Shown: positions 39,975 through 48,840 of the stretch, one piece after another
Position numbering within the stretch: position 1 is the stretch's first letter
Layout: the number at the start of each line of letters is the position of its first letter
Source: an uncultured Frankiaceae bacterium
GTDB lineage: Bacteria > Actinomycetota > Actinomycetes > BP-191
Length of the DNA: 64,000 nt
Assembly: GCA_964651395.1 (NCBI GenBank)
Contig: CAZYXZ010000005.1
Location: 5,007-69,006 of the forward strand
Direction: 5' to 3'
The notes under the pieces: model-generated
What the model was told of the DNA's origin: nothing
Databases searched by the model: none
Seen by the model: only the letters and a program-made list of their open reading frames with translations
Position numbers and translations under genes: made by a program

Positions 39975-41039
39975 CTACCGCGCTGCCCGGAGTTCGTGAG
40001 CGAACTCGCGCGCGCGCGCCGCCCAGGACATTTCCTCCAGGTCTGCGATGGAAGGTCTGTCGGATGTGCGGTGAGTGGCCTCGAGCACGGCAGCGACGAA
40101 GCTCTGTCTGTCCGCGATATGCACGCGCGGATGGCTGATCAGTTGGAAGCCACTGCTGGGTGTTGCTACGACGGGCAGGCCGCTTGCCAGGTACTCGTAG
40201 GACTTGATCGCATCGAGGCTCAGCGTGAAGTCTGTCACCAGATGAGGGCAGATAAGAACATCGAAACCTGCCATCCATGACGGTACCGACGTCCCTTCCA
40301 CCGGCCCGTGAAGGGTCGTGTTGGGGAGTGCCGCGAGCAGGCCGCGGCTGCGTGCTGACAGGGCATTCGGCCCCAGGAGCTGGACGGAACCAACGCCGGG
40401 TGTCAAGGCGACCGCCTTGATAAGGTCGATGTCGAGGCGGTCCTCATGGAGTGTTCCGACGTAGCCGATACGCGGGCGGGCACCGTCCATGTCTCGAGCC
40501 TCGACGTCCGTCCAGCCTGCGACGTCGACGCCGTTGTGAACTACTGCTGCGGTGACCGAGTACCGCTGATGCCACAGCCGCTTCAGCTCGTCACTGCAGA
40601 CCACTGTTCGAGCCCTGGCAGCGAGCCGACGCTCCGCGCGAATGATCCGGCGAATGATGCGCGGCGGAAGCGTTGCGTGGCGCCAGTCGTCGGTCACGTC
40701 GTAGACGGCGGGCACGTGGGCGCCAAGGAGCAGCGCACCGAGCACCGGCTCGTTGATCCAGAGAACGTCGCTGTCGAGCAGGCCCGCTCGGGCGAGCGAC
40801 CGGCTGGCTGCCCGAAAGCCACCCAGCCGTTTGGGCAGGTGAAGCTCCGGGCGGAAGACCCGCACGCCCGGCACCGGGGCAGACTCCCGGGCCCGTCGTC
40901 CCAGAACGGGTGGGTCGATGAAGACGATCTCGCGCACGAGTTCTTGACGCAGCAGCTCGCTGGCGAGCCATTGGTTGCGTCTCCAGATGTCGTCCCAGCG
41001 CTCGTGGCTGATCACGGTGACGCGATCGAGTGACTTCAC
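39975..41039 (-). CDS. Glycosyltransferase (GT-B, GT4-like)
   Basis: 354 aa. C-terminal SYEYLASGLPVVAT is GT-B-like. Confidence 0.6.
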   Translation of the reverse strand: MKSLDRVTVISHERWDDIWRRNQWLASELLRQELVREIVFIDPPVLGRRARESAPVPGVRVFRPELHLPKRLGGFRAASRSLARAGLLDSDVLWINEPVLGALLLGAHVPAVYDVTDDWRHATLPPRIIRRIIRAERRLAARARTVVCSDELKRLWHQRYSVTAAVVHNGVDVAGWTDVEARDMDGARPRIGYVGTLHEDRLDIDLIKAVALTPGVGSVQLLGPNALSARSRGLLAALPNTTLHGPVEGTSVPSWMAGFDVLICPHLVTDFTLSLDAIKSYEYLASGLPVVATPSSGFQLISHPRVHIADRQSFVAAVLEATHRTSDRPSIADLEEMSWAARAREFAHELRAAR

Positions 41040-41041
41040 CT

Positions 41042-41881
41042 CTAGGTGCCTGCTCGCCAGTACGCGCCGGAACCGTCGATGTCCCTGATCTCGTCGTTGA
41101 TGTTGTGACGGTCGCGGAACTCCTGAACCGCGGCTTTGCAGGAGGAGACGCTTCCGTAGTCGTCGATGATGCAGAAACCGCCGGCTGACAACTTCGGGTA
41201 CAGCGCATCGAGCGCCTGCATCGTCGACTCGTAGAGGTCGCCATCCAGGCGGAGAACGGCGAGCTGCTCGATGGGAGCCGTCGGCAACGTGTCCTTGAAC
41301 CAGCCCACAAGGAACCGCACTCGCTCGTCGAGCAGGTCGTATCTGCGAAAGTTGTCTCTCACCTGCTCCACACTCACGGCCAGCTCATCGAAGCGGTCGA
41401 AGTGCGCCCCGGTGTCGGCGGGGTAGCGATGCGGATCCGGTGGCGGCAGCCCGCGGAATGAGTCGGCGACCCACACGGTGCGAGCCGTTTCCCCATGAGC
41501 CTTCAGGCACCCACGCATGAAGATCGTAGTGCCGCCGCGCCAGACCCCCGTCTCGATGAGATCGCCGGGCACCTGATCCGCAATCACACGGTCGATGCAC
41601 TCCTTGACGTTGCGCAACCGTCTGAGACCGACCATCGACTCGGCGCGCGCGGGCCAGTCGAGGCCGTTCTCTCTCGCGTGGGGGTCATAGGGGCGCTTGC
41701 GAACGAGTTCGTATCCGAGCCGATGAAGCGAGGGTCCAATGCGCTGACCGACCTTTTGCTTCCAGCTCGAACGCCCCATGCCCGTCAGCGCGCCGGCGAT
41801 CTCGTCGCTGTCCTCGAAGAGGCTCCGGGTGAGCGTCTTCATCAACAGGTCGAGGTAGAGCTCGCCTCCGGCATCCAGCAT
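41042..41881 (-). CDS. TylF/MycF-family (macrocin-type) sugar O-methyltransferase
   Basis: GDLIETGVWRGGTTIFM and DGDLYEST motifs characteristic of the TylF family. Confidence 0.8.
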   Translation of the reverse strand: MLDAGGELYLDLLMKTLTRSLFEDSDEIAGALTGMGRSSWKQKVGQRIGPSLHRLGYELVRKRPYDPHARENGLDWPARAESMVGLRRLRNVKECIDRVIADQVPGDLIETGVWRGGTTIFMRGCLKAHGETARTVWVADSFRGLPPPDPHRYPADTGAHFDRFDELAVSVEQVRDNFRRYDLLDERVRFLVGWFKDTLPTAPIEQLAVLRLDGDLYESTMQALDALYPKLSAGGFCIIDDYGSVSSCKAAVQEFRDRHNINDEIRDIDGSGAYWRAGT

Positions 41882-41910
41882 GCGAGAACTCTACGGTGCC
41901 AGGCCGCTCC

Positions 41911-42735
41911 TCACCGCGCGCGGTGAGCCACCACCTGGACGTACTCGGATGGGACCGCGAGCGCGCCATCGGTGGAGCGATTGCACTCGTCGGCAAGCGC
42001 GATGAGTTGGGTGCGCAGCGACTCACGTCCGGTGTCGTCGAGTGCCGCGGACGCCTTCACGATCGGTCCGTAGTAGGCCTGGAAAGTGTCGTAGAAGTGT
42101 GTGGCCGAGCGATAGCGGAATACGAAGTGTTGGCGCGTGATCTCCGCCGTGGCTCCGCTGCCGAGCAGTTGCTGGAGTCGCGCGTCCGTACCCCATAGCA
42201 GCGGCGACGGCACTCCGGTGGGCGGGGCGACGTGCGCCCCCACAATCTTGAACAGCCGCCCGATGAAGCCCTCGGGTGTCCAGTTGGCGAGGCCGATGCG
42301 ACCGCCGGGCTTACACACGCGCAGCAGTTCGGCTGCTGCACGGTCGGGGTCCGGGACGAACATCACTCCGAACGTCGAGAGAACGGCATCGAAGCTCGCA
42401 TCGGGGAAGGGGAGGTTCTCGGCATCTGCCACCTGCGTCTGGATGTCCAGCCCCTCGGCAGCGGCGCGTCGCGCGGCACACTCGAGCAGAGCCGGGACGT
42501 AGTCCGTTGCGGTCACCGCGGCTCCGCGCCGAGCGGCGGCCAGCGACGCATTCCCGTTGCCAGCGGCGACGTCGAGAACTTGCGAGCCGGCGACGATGTC
42601 GACGGCCTCGCAGACTGTCTCCCCGACGATCTGCAGTGTTGTGCCGATGACGGCGTAGTCGCCGCTGGCCCAGGTCGCCTGCTGGCGGGCCTTGACCGCT
42701 TCGAGGTCCGGCGTGGCGGTGATGGCGGTGGTCAT
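41911..42735 (-). CDS. Class I SAM-dependent methyltransferase
   Basis: VLDVAAGNGNASL motif I. Start at the ATG with an AAGGAG RBS (42735). Confidence 0.7.
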   Translation of the reverse strand: MTTAITATPDLEAVKARQQATWASGDYAVIGTTLQIVGETVCEAVDIVAGSQVLDVAAGNGNASLAAARRGAAVTATDYVPALLECAARRAAAEGLDIQTQVADAENLPFPDASFDAVLSTFGVMFVPDPDRAAAELLRVCKPGGRIGLANWTPEGFIGRLFKIVGAHVAPPTGVPSPLLWGTDARLQQLLGSGATAEITRQHFVFRYRSATHFYDTFQAYYGPIVKASAALDDTGRESLRTQLIALADECNRSTDGALAVPSEYVQVVAHRAR

Positions 42736-42748
42736 CTCTGCTGCTCCT

Positions 42749-43393
42749 TTAGCTGTTCGGGACGTGGCGTCCGCTGAATGCGACGAGTCGTTCGAGCGGG
42801 CTGGCACCCGCCGGCGGAGTGGTCTCGGCTGCGAAGGTGTCTCCGTTACGAAGCCCGGGCACCACGATCTGACGGGCAGCGGCTTCGATGTCGGCCACCA
42901 GTGCGTCGGAGGGCGCGTACTGCTGACCGGTGGCTGTGGCCAGGTCCCAGCCGTGGATCAGCCCGTCGAAGCACGTGTAGGCGGTGAACGTCGTGGCAGG
43001 CACGGTTCCGAAGGGCGCGTCCATGTCGCGCTCCTGCGATCCCGGGGTGTGTACCGCTGCGAGCAGCTCAGTCATCATCCGGTGCCAGTGCTCGGTGGTC
43101 GACTCCGGCGTGGTCGGGGCGGCCGGGGATGGACCACCGCGGAAGACCGGCGAGAAGTGCGTCGCGCCGTCGATCATGTGCTGGAGGACGCCGGTCACCG
43201 TGTACTCGTCGCACGGCGTGGGTGCGTCGAGCTGGTCCGGCCGGATGCCGTCGACCACGGGCCGGATCGCCTTGATGACCTCGTCGAGCTGTGCGACTGC
43301 GTCCATGCGGACTCCTCGGGTAATGGCGCTGGCGACGGCTTCCCGGTCGCGACCGAGCGTGATGAGCTGCTCCGTGGTCGGGATCTGCGTCAT
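42749..43393 (-). CDS. DinB/TIGR03086-like (mycothiol-dependent maleylpyruvate isomerase N-terminal domain) family protein
   Basis: Start at the ATG with an AAGGA RBS. Family call rests on overall similarity of the N-terminal helical bundle (H-x3-H-type region); moderate. Confidence 0.5.
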   Translation of the reverse strand: MTQIPTTEQLITLGRDREAVASAITRGVRMDAVAQLDEVIKAIRPVVDGIRPDQLDAPTPCDEYTVTGVLQHMIDGATHFSPVFRGGPSPAAPTTPESTTEHWHRMMTELLAAVHTPGSQERDMDAPFGTVPATTFTAYTCFDGLIHGWDLATATGQQYAPSDALVADIEAAARQIVVPGLRNGDTFAAETTPPAGASPLERLVAFSGRHVPNS

Positions 43394-43507
43394 GGCGTGA
43401 TCCTTCGCCGTGGTACGTGCCTGGTCATCGGCAGGTTCCGCCAGTGTTCGGCGGCGCCGATGGCGTGAACTACCCACAGACCGACTGCCGGTTCGTCCCG
43501 GCTATCG

Positions 43508-44683
43508 TTGAGCGGCCTCGCCGCGTTCGTGGCGGGACAGCTACGAGTTGACGGAGGCGGTGTGCCGACGGTGTCCGTTGTGTCGGCGGGCCGTGACCAG
43601 AGGCATCACATCAACGTGTTACGGGGTGCGTCTGCACTCGTCGTGATGCTTGTCCACATCTACATGGTCATCAGCGCACACCGCGACATCCACGGTGTGG
43701 CTGGGTACCGTGCGGTCGTCGTTGCTGCGCAGATGGCCGTGCGGTGCTTCTTCGTCCTGAGCGGCTATCTCTTGATCGACTCATGAATGCGTGAGCGCGC
43801 CGCTGGCCGGGGATGGGTGGCTCGGTTCTACTCAAGGCGTGGAGCGCGGCTCCTCCCGCTCTGGCTCGTAACCGGTCTCTGTCTCGTGCTGCTTCGCTCC
43901 TACAGAGACCTTTTCGATTTCTGGTCCACGCTTCAGTACTTCACGTTCACGCAGTTGTTCGCGCTTCGGCCACCGCTGCTGGATCCGGGATGGACGATCT
44001 ACTGCGAGGTGGTCTACTACGCGCTTCTCCCCATCGTCGTTGCGGCAGTGGCGCGCGTATCAGGCCGACCGATCAAGGCGCTGACCGTTCTTGGGTTCGC
44101 CGTCGCGGGAATCGCCCTGCGGCCTGTGCTGTCCAGCCTTGGTCTGGTGAGTCCGCGACTCCACGCACCCTTGTTCGCGGCCGATCTGTTCGTCATCTTC
44201 CTCGCGGGCGTGGCGCTCCGAATGGCTGAGCAGCGGCTCGTCGTGCTGCGGGGAAAGGGCACGCTCATGCTGGGCCTTGCCGGGGCAGCCGGCATCGTCG
44301 CAGTGTCAACGTACCCACCGCGACTCGGTGGCTCGGTGTTGTTCAATCTCGTCTCAATTCCGCCGCTCGTGGCCATTGTGGCCTCCGGAACGGCCCGCTC
44401 AAGAGTGTTGGCTTACGTCGGCCGCAGCGCCTACGGCGTGTACCTGCTTCATATGTTCTTCGTGGAGTGGGTGATCTTCCGTTTCGCCATCACGACGGAG
44501 TCGAGTCGAACCCGCGTCCTACTGATCGCAGTCACGATCGTGGCCGCCACCCTGCTCGCTGCCTTCATGCTGCACCGGACCGTGGAGCGCCCGGCCATTG
44601 AGTGGATGCGGCGCCGGTTGACTTCACGGCTCGCGAGGAGGCAGCTGGGCTCGGCGCCTGGCAGTGCTTCCAGCGTGGCGTGA
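43508..44683 (+). pseudogene. Acyltransferase-3 (OatA-like) family membrane acyltransferase interrupted by a single in-frame TGA at 43784..43786
   Basis: ORFs 43508..43786 and 43787..44683 are in the same frame, separated only by one TGA. The N-terminal piece carries the family motif (RHHINVLRGASALVVMLVHI...FFVLSGYLL) and the downstream piece has the remaining TM helices. Confidence 0.55.
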
Positions 44684-44801
44684 TCTACCCATCCGCGCAG
44701 CCGGTGTTGGCGGAAGTGGCCGATGTGGGCTGCTTCAGGTCGGCGCATCCTCGGGCCTGACGGCGCGGCACAGCCGGCCGCGAACGACCGGAGGCGAACC
44801 G

Positions 44802-45167
44802 ATGCGTTACAGCATTCAGGAGATCCCAATCGAGATGGAGCTCGACGGCATCCAGACGAGGGCGATCGAGGGCGGAGACATCCTCACTCGCGTCATCGAC
44901 CTGCCAGCGGGCGTGGACTTCACACCACTGTTCGTGGGACTGCCCGGCGACATGTGTCAGTGCCCGCACTGGGGCTACGTGGTGAAGGGGTCGATCAACC
45001 TGCGTTACGCCGACGGCCGCGAGGAGGCCAACCGGGCCGGCGACGTCTACTACTGGCCGGGCGGTCACACCGGCTGGACCGACGAGGGTGTGACGTTCGT
45101 GGAATTCAGCCCGACCGTCGAGATTCTTCCGGTGCTGGACCACTTGTCTCGGCAGCTGGCCGGCTGA
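44802..45167 (+). CDS. Cupin-domain protein
   Basis: 121 aa. GGAGG RBS and ATG at 44802. Confidence 0.55.
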   Translation: MRYSIQEIPIEMELDGIQTRAIEGGDILTRVIDLPAGVDFTPLFVGLPGDMCQCPHWGYVVKGSINLRYADGREEANRAGDVYYWPGGHTGWTDEGVTFVEFSPTVEILPVLDHLSRQLAG

Positions 45168-45193
45168 TCACGCACACGCAGTACCGTGACTGC

Positions 45194-46834
45194 GTGACCG
45201 TGAACACGTTGGCAGCCCTCGCCGAAGCCCGCGAGGCGCTGCAGCAGGGCGACTGGCAGGCGGCGCTCGACGGCGTCCAGTCCGTGGGTGTCACGTCCGG
45301 CATCGCGGAGGCGGACCGGCTCGATATCGCTGCGGAGGCGTTGTGGTGGCTCGGCCACCTCGATCGCTGCATCGCCTCGCGCGAGGAGGCGTATGCCTGC
45401 TACGAGTCGCTCGGTGAGTCGCTGTCGGCCGGCAGGTGCGCGGTAAGGCTCTGGGAGCACCATTCGATGAATGTGCGACCGGCCATCGCCGGAGCCTGGC
45501 TACGGCGTGCACGACGTGCGCTCGAGAGCGCTCCGCAGTCGGCGGAGTACTGCTCTTTGGTGCTGCGCGAGGCGGAGGTCGCCCATGGCGCGGGCGAACT
45601 TGACCACGCGGCGTCGCTAGCGGCTGGCGCCTTGGTGCTCGCTCGCGTGCTTGGATCACGCGACCTCGAGGCCGAGGCACTGCAGACGACCGGTCGTATT
45701 CTCATCGACGCGGGTCGGCTCGCCGACGGCTTGGGACACCTCGACGAGGCGATGCTCTTAGCGGTTGAAGGGCGACTGTCGGCCTACTCGACGGGCAAGG
45801 TCTACTGCAGTCTTATCAGCGCCTGCGAGTCGCTCGGCGATCTGCGCCGCGCGGCTGAGTGGACCGACGCCACCGCGCGATGGTCCGAAAAGCACCCGCT
45901 TGCCATGTGGCCTGGAATCTGCCGCGTGCATCATGCGGCGCTGCTGCAGCTGCGAGGGGACTGGGTCGGCGCCGAGCGCGAGGCACGGCAGGCATGCGTG
46001 GAGCTGGACGGCTTTCATGTGCCCAACGTCGCTGCCGGTTACGTCGAGATCGCTGAGATCCGACGCCGATTGGGTGACCTCGACGGCGCAGAAGCCGCCT
46101 TCGCGAAAGCCGAGGAGCTGTGTGGTCATCAGAGTCCTGGTCTGGCGCTCCTCCGCCTGGCGCAAGGACGGATCGATGCAGCGAGCGGCACCATCACGCG
46201 GATGCTGGCGGAGGAGACCTGGAACCACCTCGCACGCGCGAAACTGCTGCCCGCGCGAGTTCAAATTGCCGTGGCAGCGCAGGACTTGGACGCGGCCGCC
46301 GATGCCGTAGTGGAACTCGAGCAGATCGCCGCCGACTACGAGAGCCCGGCTCTCCGCGCCGCAGCGCTTTCGGCGCGGGGCCGACTCCTGCTCGCACAGG
46401 GCGAGGCCGGAGCTGCGTGCGCTTCGCTGCACGAAGCGCTCAAGCGATGGCAAGAGCTCGAGGTTCCCTACGAGGTCGCGACGGCACGCCTGCTCCTGGG
46501 ACAGGCCTGTCGCAACAGCGGCGACGAGGACAGCGCCGTCCGCTCGTTCACCAGCGCGGCGGCCATCTTCGACCGGCTGGGCGCAGCCACAGACGCGCGG
46601 CACCTTCGCGATCTGACGACGCCATCCGCTCTGCCCGCTGGCCTGACTGCACGAGAGGCGGAGGTGCTGTCGCTGGTCGCGTCGGGCCAAACCAACAAGG
46701 AGATCGCGTCAGTTCTGTTCCTCAGTGAGCGCACGGTCGCGCGTCACCTCTCGAACATCTTCACCAAGATCGGCGTGCCATCCCGTACTGCAGCGGCGGC
46801 CTTCGCCTACGAAAACAACCTCACGCTGACCTAA
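45194..46834 (+). CDS. LuxR-family transcriptional regulator with large N-terminal TPR-like/helical domain
   Basis: C-terminal GerE/LuxR HTH (LTAREAEVLSLVASGQTNKEIASVLFLSERTVARHLSNIFTKIGV). GTG start at about 45194, uncertain. Confidence 0.75.
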   Translation: MTVNTLAALAEAREALQQGDWQAALDGVQSVGVTSGIAEADRLDIAAEALWWLGHLDRCIASREEAYACYESLGESLSAGRCAVRLWEHHSMNVRPAIAGAWLRRARRALESAPQSAEYCSLVLREAEVAHGAGELDHAASLAAGALVLARVLGSRDLEAEALQTTGRILIDAGRLADGLGHLDEAMLLAVEGRLSAYSTGKVYCSLISACESLGDLRRAAEWTDATARWSEKHPLAMWPGICRVHHAALLQLRGDWVGAEREARQACVELDGFHVPNVAAGYVEIAEIRRRLGDLDGAEAAFAKAEELCGHQSPGLALLRLAQGRIDAASGTITRMLAEETWNHLARAKLLPARVQIAVAAQDLDAAADAVVELEQIAADYESPALRAAALSARGRLLLAQGEAGAACASLHEALKRWQELEVPYEVATARLLLGQACRNSGDEDSAVRSFTSAAAIFDRLGAATDARHLRDLTTPSALPAGLTAREAEVLSLVASGQTNKEIASVLFLSERTVARHLSNIFTKIGVPSRTAAAAFAYENNLTLT

Positions 46835-47757
46835 GCCGATGCCGCTGTCAGCACGGACAGCCGATCAGCGGGAGCGATGAGGATGTCGTCGAGTGGCAGC
46901 GGACTCTCGAACCGGTCGAGGCGCAACCACGTCCCATCGGTCTGGCGGCGGTGGAATGTGTAGTCCAGCCCGTCGAACTGATCACTGACCGCGCTGGTGG
47001 GGTCCACACCGCGCCGCTGGAACATTCCCACGTTCCACTCCGCGTAGATGACGGGCCTCATCTCGCGGATGGTCGCCGCCGCACCTTGCAGGAACAAGTC
47101 CTCATGGCCCTCAATGTCCACCTTGACGAAGTCGAGCCGGATTGTGGGTCGGCTCGACAAGTAGCCGTCCAGGGTGATCAGCCGCGTCCGCACGGTAGCG
47201 AAGCGGTCGTCGAGCCCATCCGCAACCAGCACCGACGCATTGCCGGTGCCGGCGCCTCGCTCGAAATCCTCGCGGAGTGTGATCACGGCCTCGGCCTCCA
47301 CGGACGACAGCCCTAGGCGTTCGACTGTGGCGGAGCCCAGTACGCCGTTCCGGCGAAGGTTGTCCTCTAGGCGGTCGGCATTGCGAGGAACCGGCTCGAA
47401 CGCGAACAAATGGCCACGTGCCTCGGCGCAGGTACGCGCCAAGGGCACCGACCAGAAGCCCACGTTCGCTCCGACGTCTAGGGCGCAGCCGCCCTGGCGG
47501 ATGAACCGACGTCCCAGGTTGATGCCGACGTCGTCATACTCGCCCGTGTAATAGGCGCGGAACTCGGTCCGTGCGCGTAGATCTACCAGCATCTCGTGCC
47601 CGAGCTTCATCTTCGCGATGACCTGCGCCGACGGCCCGCTCCCCTGTAGGTAGTCGTCGCAGAGATCGATCAGTCGTGTCCGGCCGCGCATGTCGCGTGG
47701 GGAGTGTCGTAGGAACGTGGCGGCAACCCACCGAGCGGTTCGCAAGGTCATCGGCAC
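46831..47757 (-). CDS. FkbM-family methyltransferase
   Basis: ALDVGANVGFWS and FAFEP motifs. Confidence 0.7.
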   Translation of the reverse strand: MPMTLRTARWVAATFLRHSPRDMRGRTRLIDLCDDYLQGSGPSAQVIAKMKLGHEMLVDLRARTEFRAYYTGEYDDVGINLGRRFIRQGGCALDVGANVGFWSVPLARTCAEARGHLFAFEPVPRNADRLEDNLRRNGVLGSATVERLGLSSVEAEAVITLREDFERGAGTGNASVLVADGLDDRFATVRTRLITLDGYLSSRPTIRLDFVKVDIEGHEDLFLQGAAATIREMRPVIYAEWNVGMFQRRGVDPTSAVSDQFDGLDYTFHRRQTDGTWLRLDRFESPLPLDDILIAPADRLSVLTAASA

Positions 47758-47775
47758 CGATCTAGCCTGCCAGAC

Positions 47776-48747
47776 CTAGCGCGCTGCACCCTCGCCGAGC
47801 CGGGATCGGACCTCGGCCTCGTAGGCCTGGACGGCGGGCCCGGCCCATACCTCCGTGAGGGCGTGCAGGGTCGGATGACCCGAGTCGCGCTCGGCGTCCC
47901 ACTCGTCCGCGAACGCGCCGGATGTGATCTCCGCCAGGACCTCGCGCATGGCGGAGACGACGTCGAGGTGGTCATAGCGCTCGCCGCGGGAGAGCTGGCC
48001 GTACTGGCTGATCGGCGAGTGATGCGCCATCTGCTTGGCATAGCCCTCGAGGCGCAGCAGCCGGTAGGTGCGCTCGACCTCACCAGACAGCACGAGCTCG
48101 GTCATGATCGCCTCGAGCGGGATCCCCTCTTCGAACATCACCTGAGCGAACGACGTGCTGACCCGCTTGAGCGCTGGTGAGAGGACCTGCTCGACGCCGA
48201 GGTCGAGCACCGCCTCCTGGCGCGGGGTGAGCTCGAGGGCACCCTGTCGCAGGCCGCCGAGAGCTCGCGCCAGCGCGAGCAGCCGAGCCTGGCACGTGCC
48301 CGTTGCGTCGCGGTGCACGCCAACCGCAGTGATGAAGCCCTTGTCCTCGGTGTAGCAGCTGCGCACCTCGGGGCCGAGCATCCGCGGCGCGATCATGCCG
48401 ACGTCGCACGCAGGGTCGTAGCGGCCGAACGCCAGGGTGTAGCCGCTGGCGACCACGACCAGCGCGTCGTCGCGGGGCGTGATCGGCAGCGTGGGGATCG
48501 CGTCGTCCGGCACGATCAGACAGAGGACGTCGTACGACGACGCCTCGCCGATGTCGGCCGCCGCGAAGCCGTCGGCGACAGCCGCCTCGCGGGTGGCATC
48601 GGCGCGCACGCAGGCGGTGACGTCGAGCCCGCTGTCCCGGAGGTTGAGCGCCCAGGACCGCCCCTGGTTTCCGTAGCCGACGACCGCGACCCGCTGCCCG
48701 TCGAGGGCGCTGAGATCGGCGTCGCGCTCGTACCAGATCGTGGTCAC
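47776..48747 (-). CDS. ilvC: Ketol-acid reductoisomerase (class I)
   Basis: VAVVGYGNQGRSWALNLRDSG NADPH motif. GTG start with an AGGGAG RBS (48747). The upstream 134 aa of the ORF track is a non-coding extension. Confidence 0.8.
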   Translation of the reverse strand: MTTIWYERDADLSALDGQRVAVVGYGNQGRSWALNLRDSGLDVTACVRADATREAAVADGFAAADIGEASSYDVLCLIVPDDAIPTLPITPRDDALVVVASGYTLAFGRYDPACDVGMIAPRMLGPEVRSCYTEDKGFITAVGVHRDATGTCQARLLALARALGGLRQGALELTPRQEAVLDLGVEQVLSPALKRVSTSFAQVMFEEGIPLEAIMTELVLSGEVERTYRLLRLEGYAKQMAHHSPISQYGQLSRGERYDHLDVVSAMREVLAEITSGAFADEWDAERDSGHPTLHALTEVWAGPAVQAYEAEVRSRLGEGAAR

Positions 48748-48840
48748 GTCCACTCCCTCTGTCCGACGACTCGCCCATCTTGCCCTTTGCTGCCTGGCCG
48801 GGCCCGGGCACAATCCGCGCAAAGCCCTGGGGGAGGGTTG

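Noticed and set aside
43784-43786. TGA as selenocysteine in the acyltransferase
   Set aside because: No SECIS-like hairpin is apparent immediately downstream. Membrane acyltransferases are not selenoproteins. A nonsense mutation or sequencing error is far more likely.
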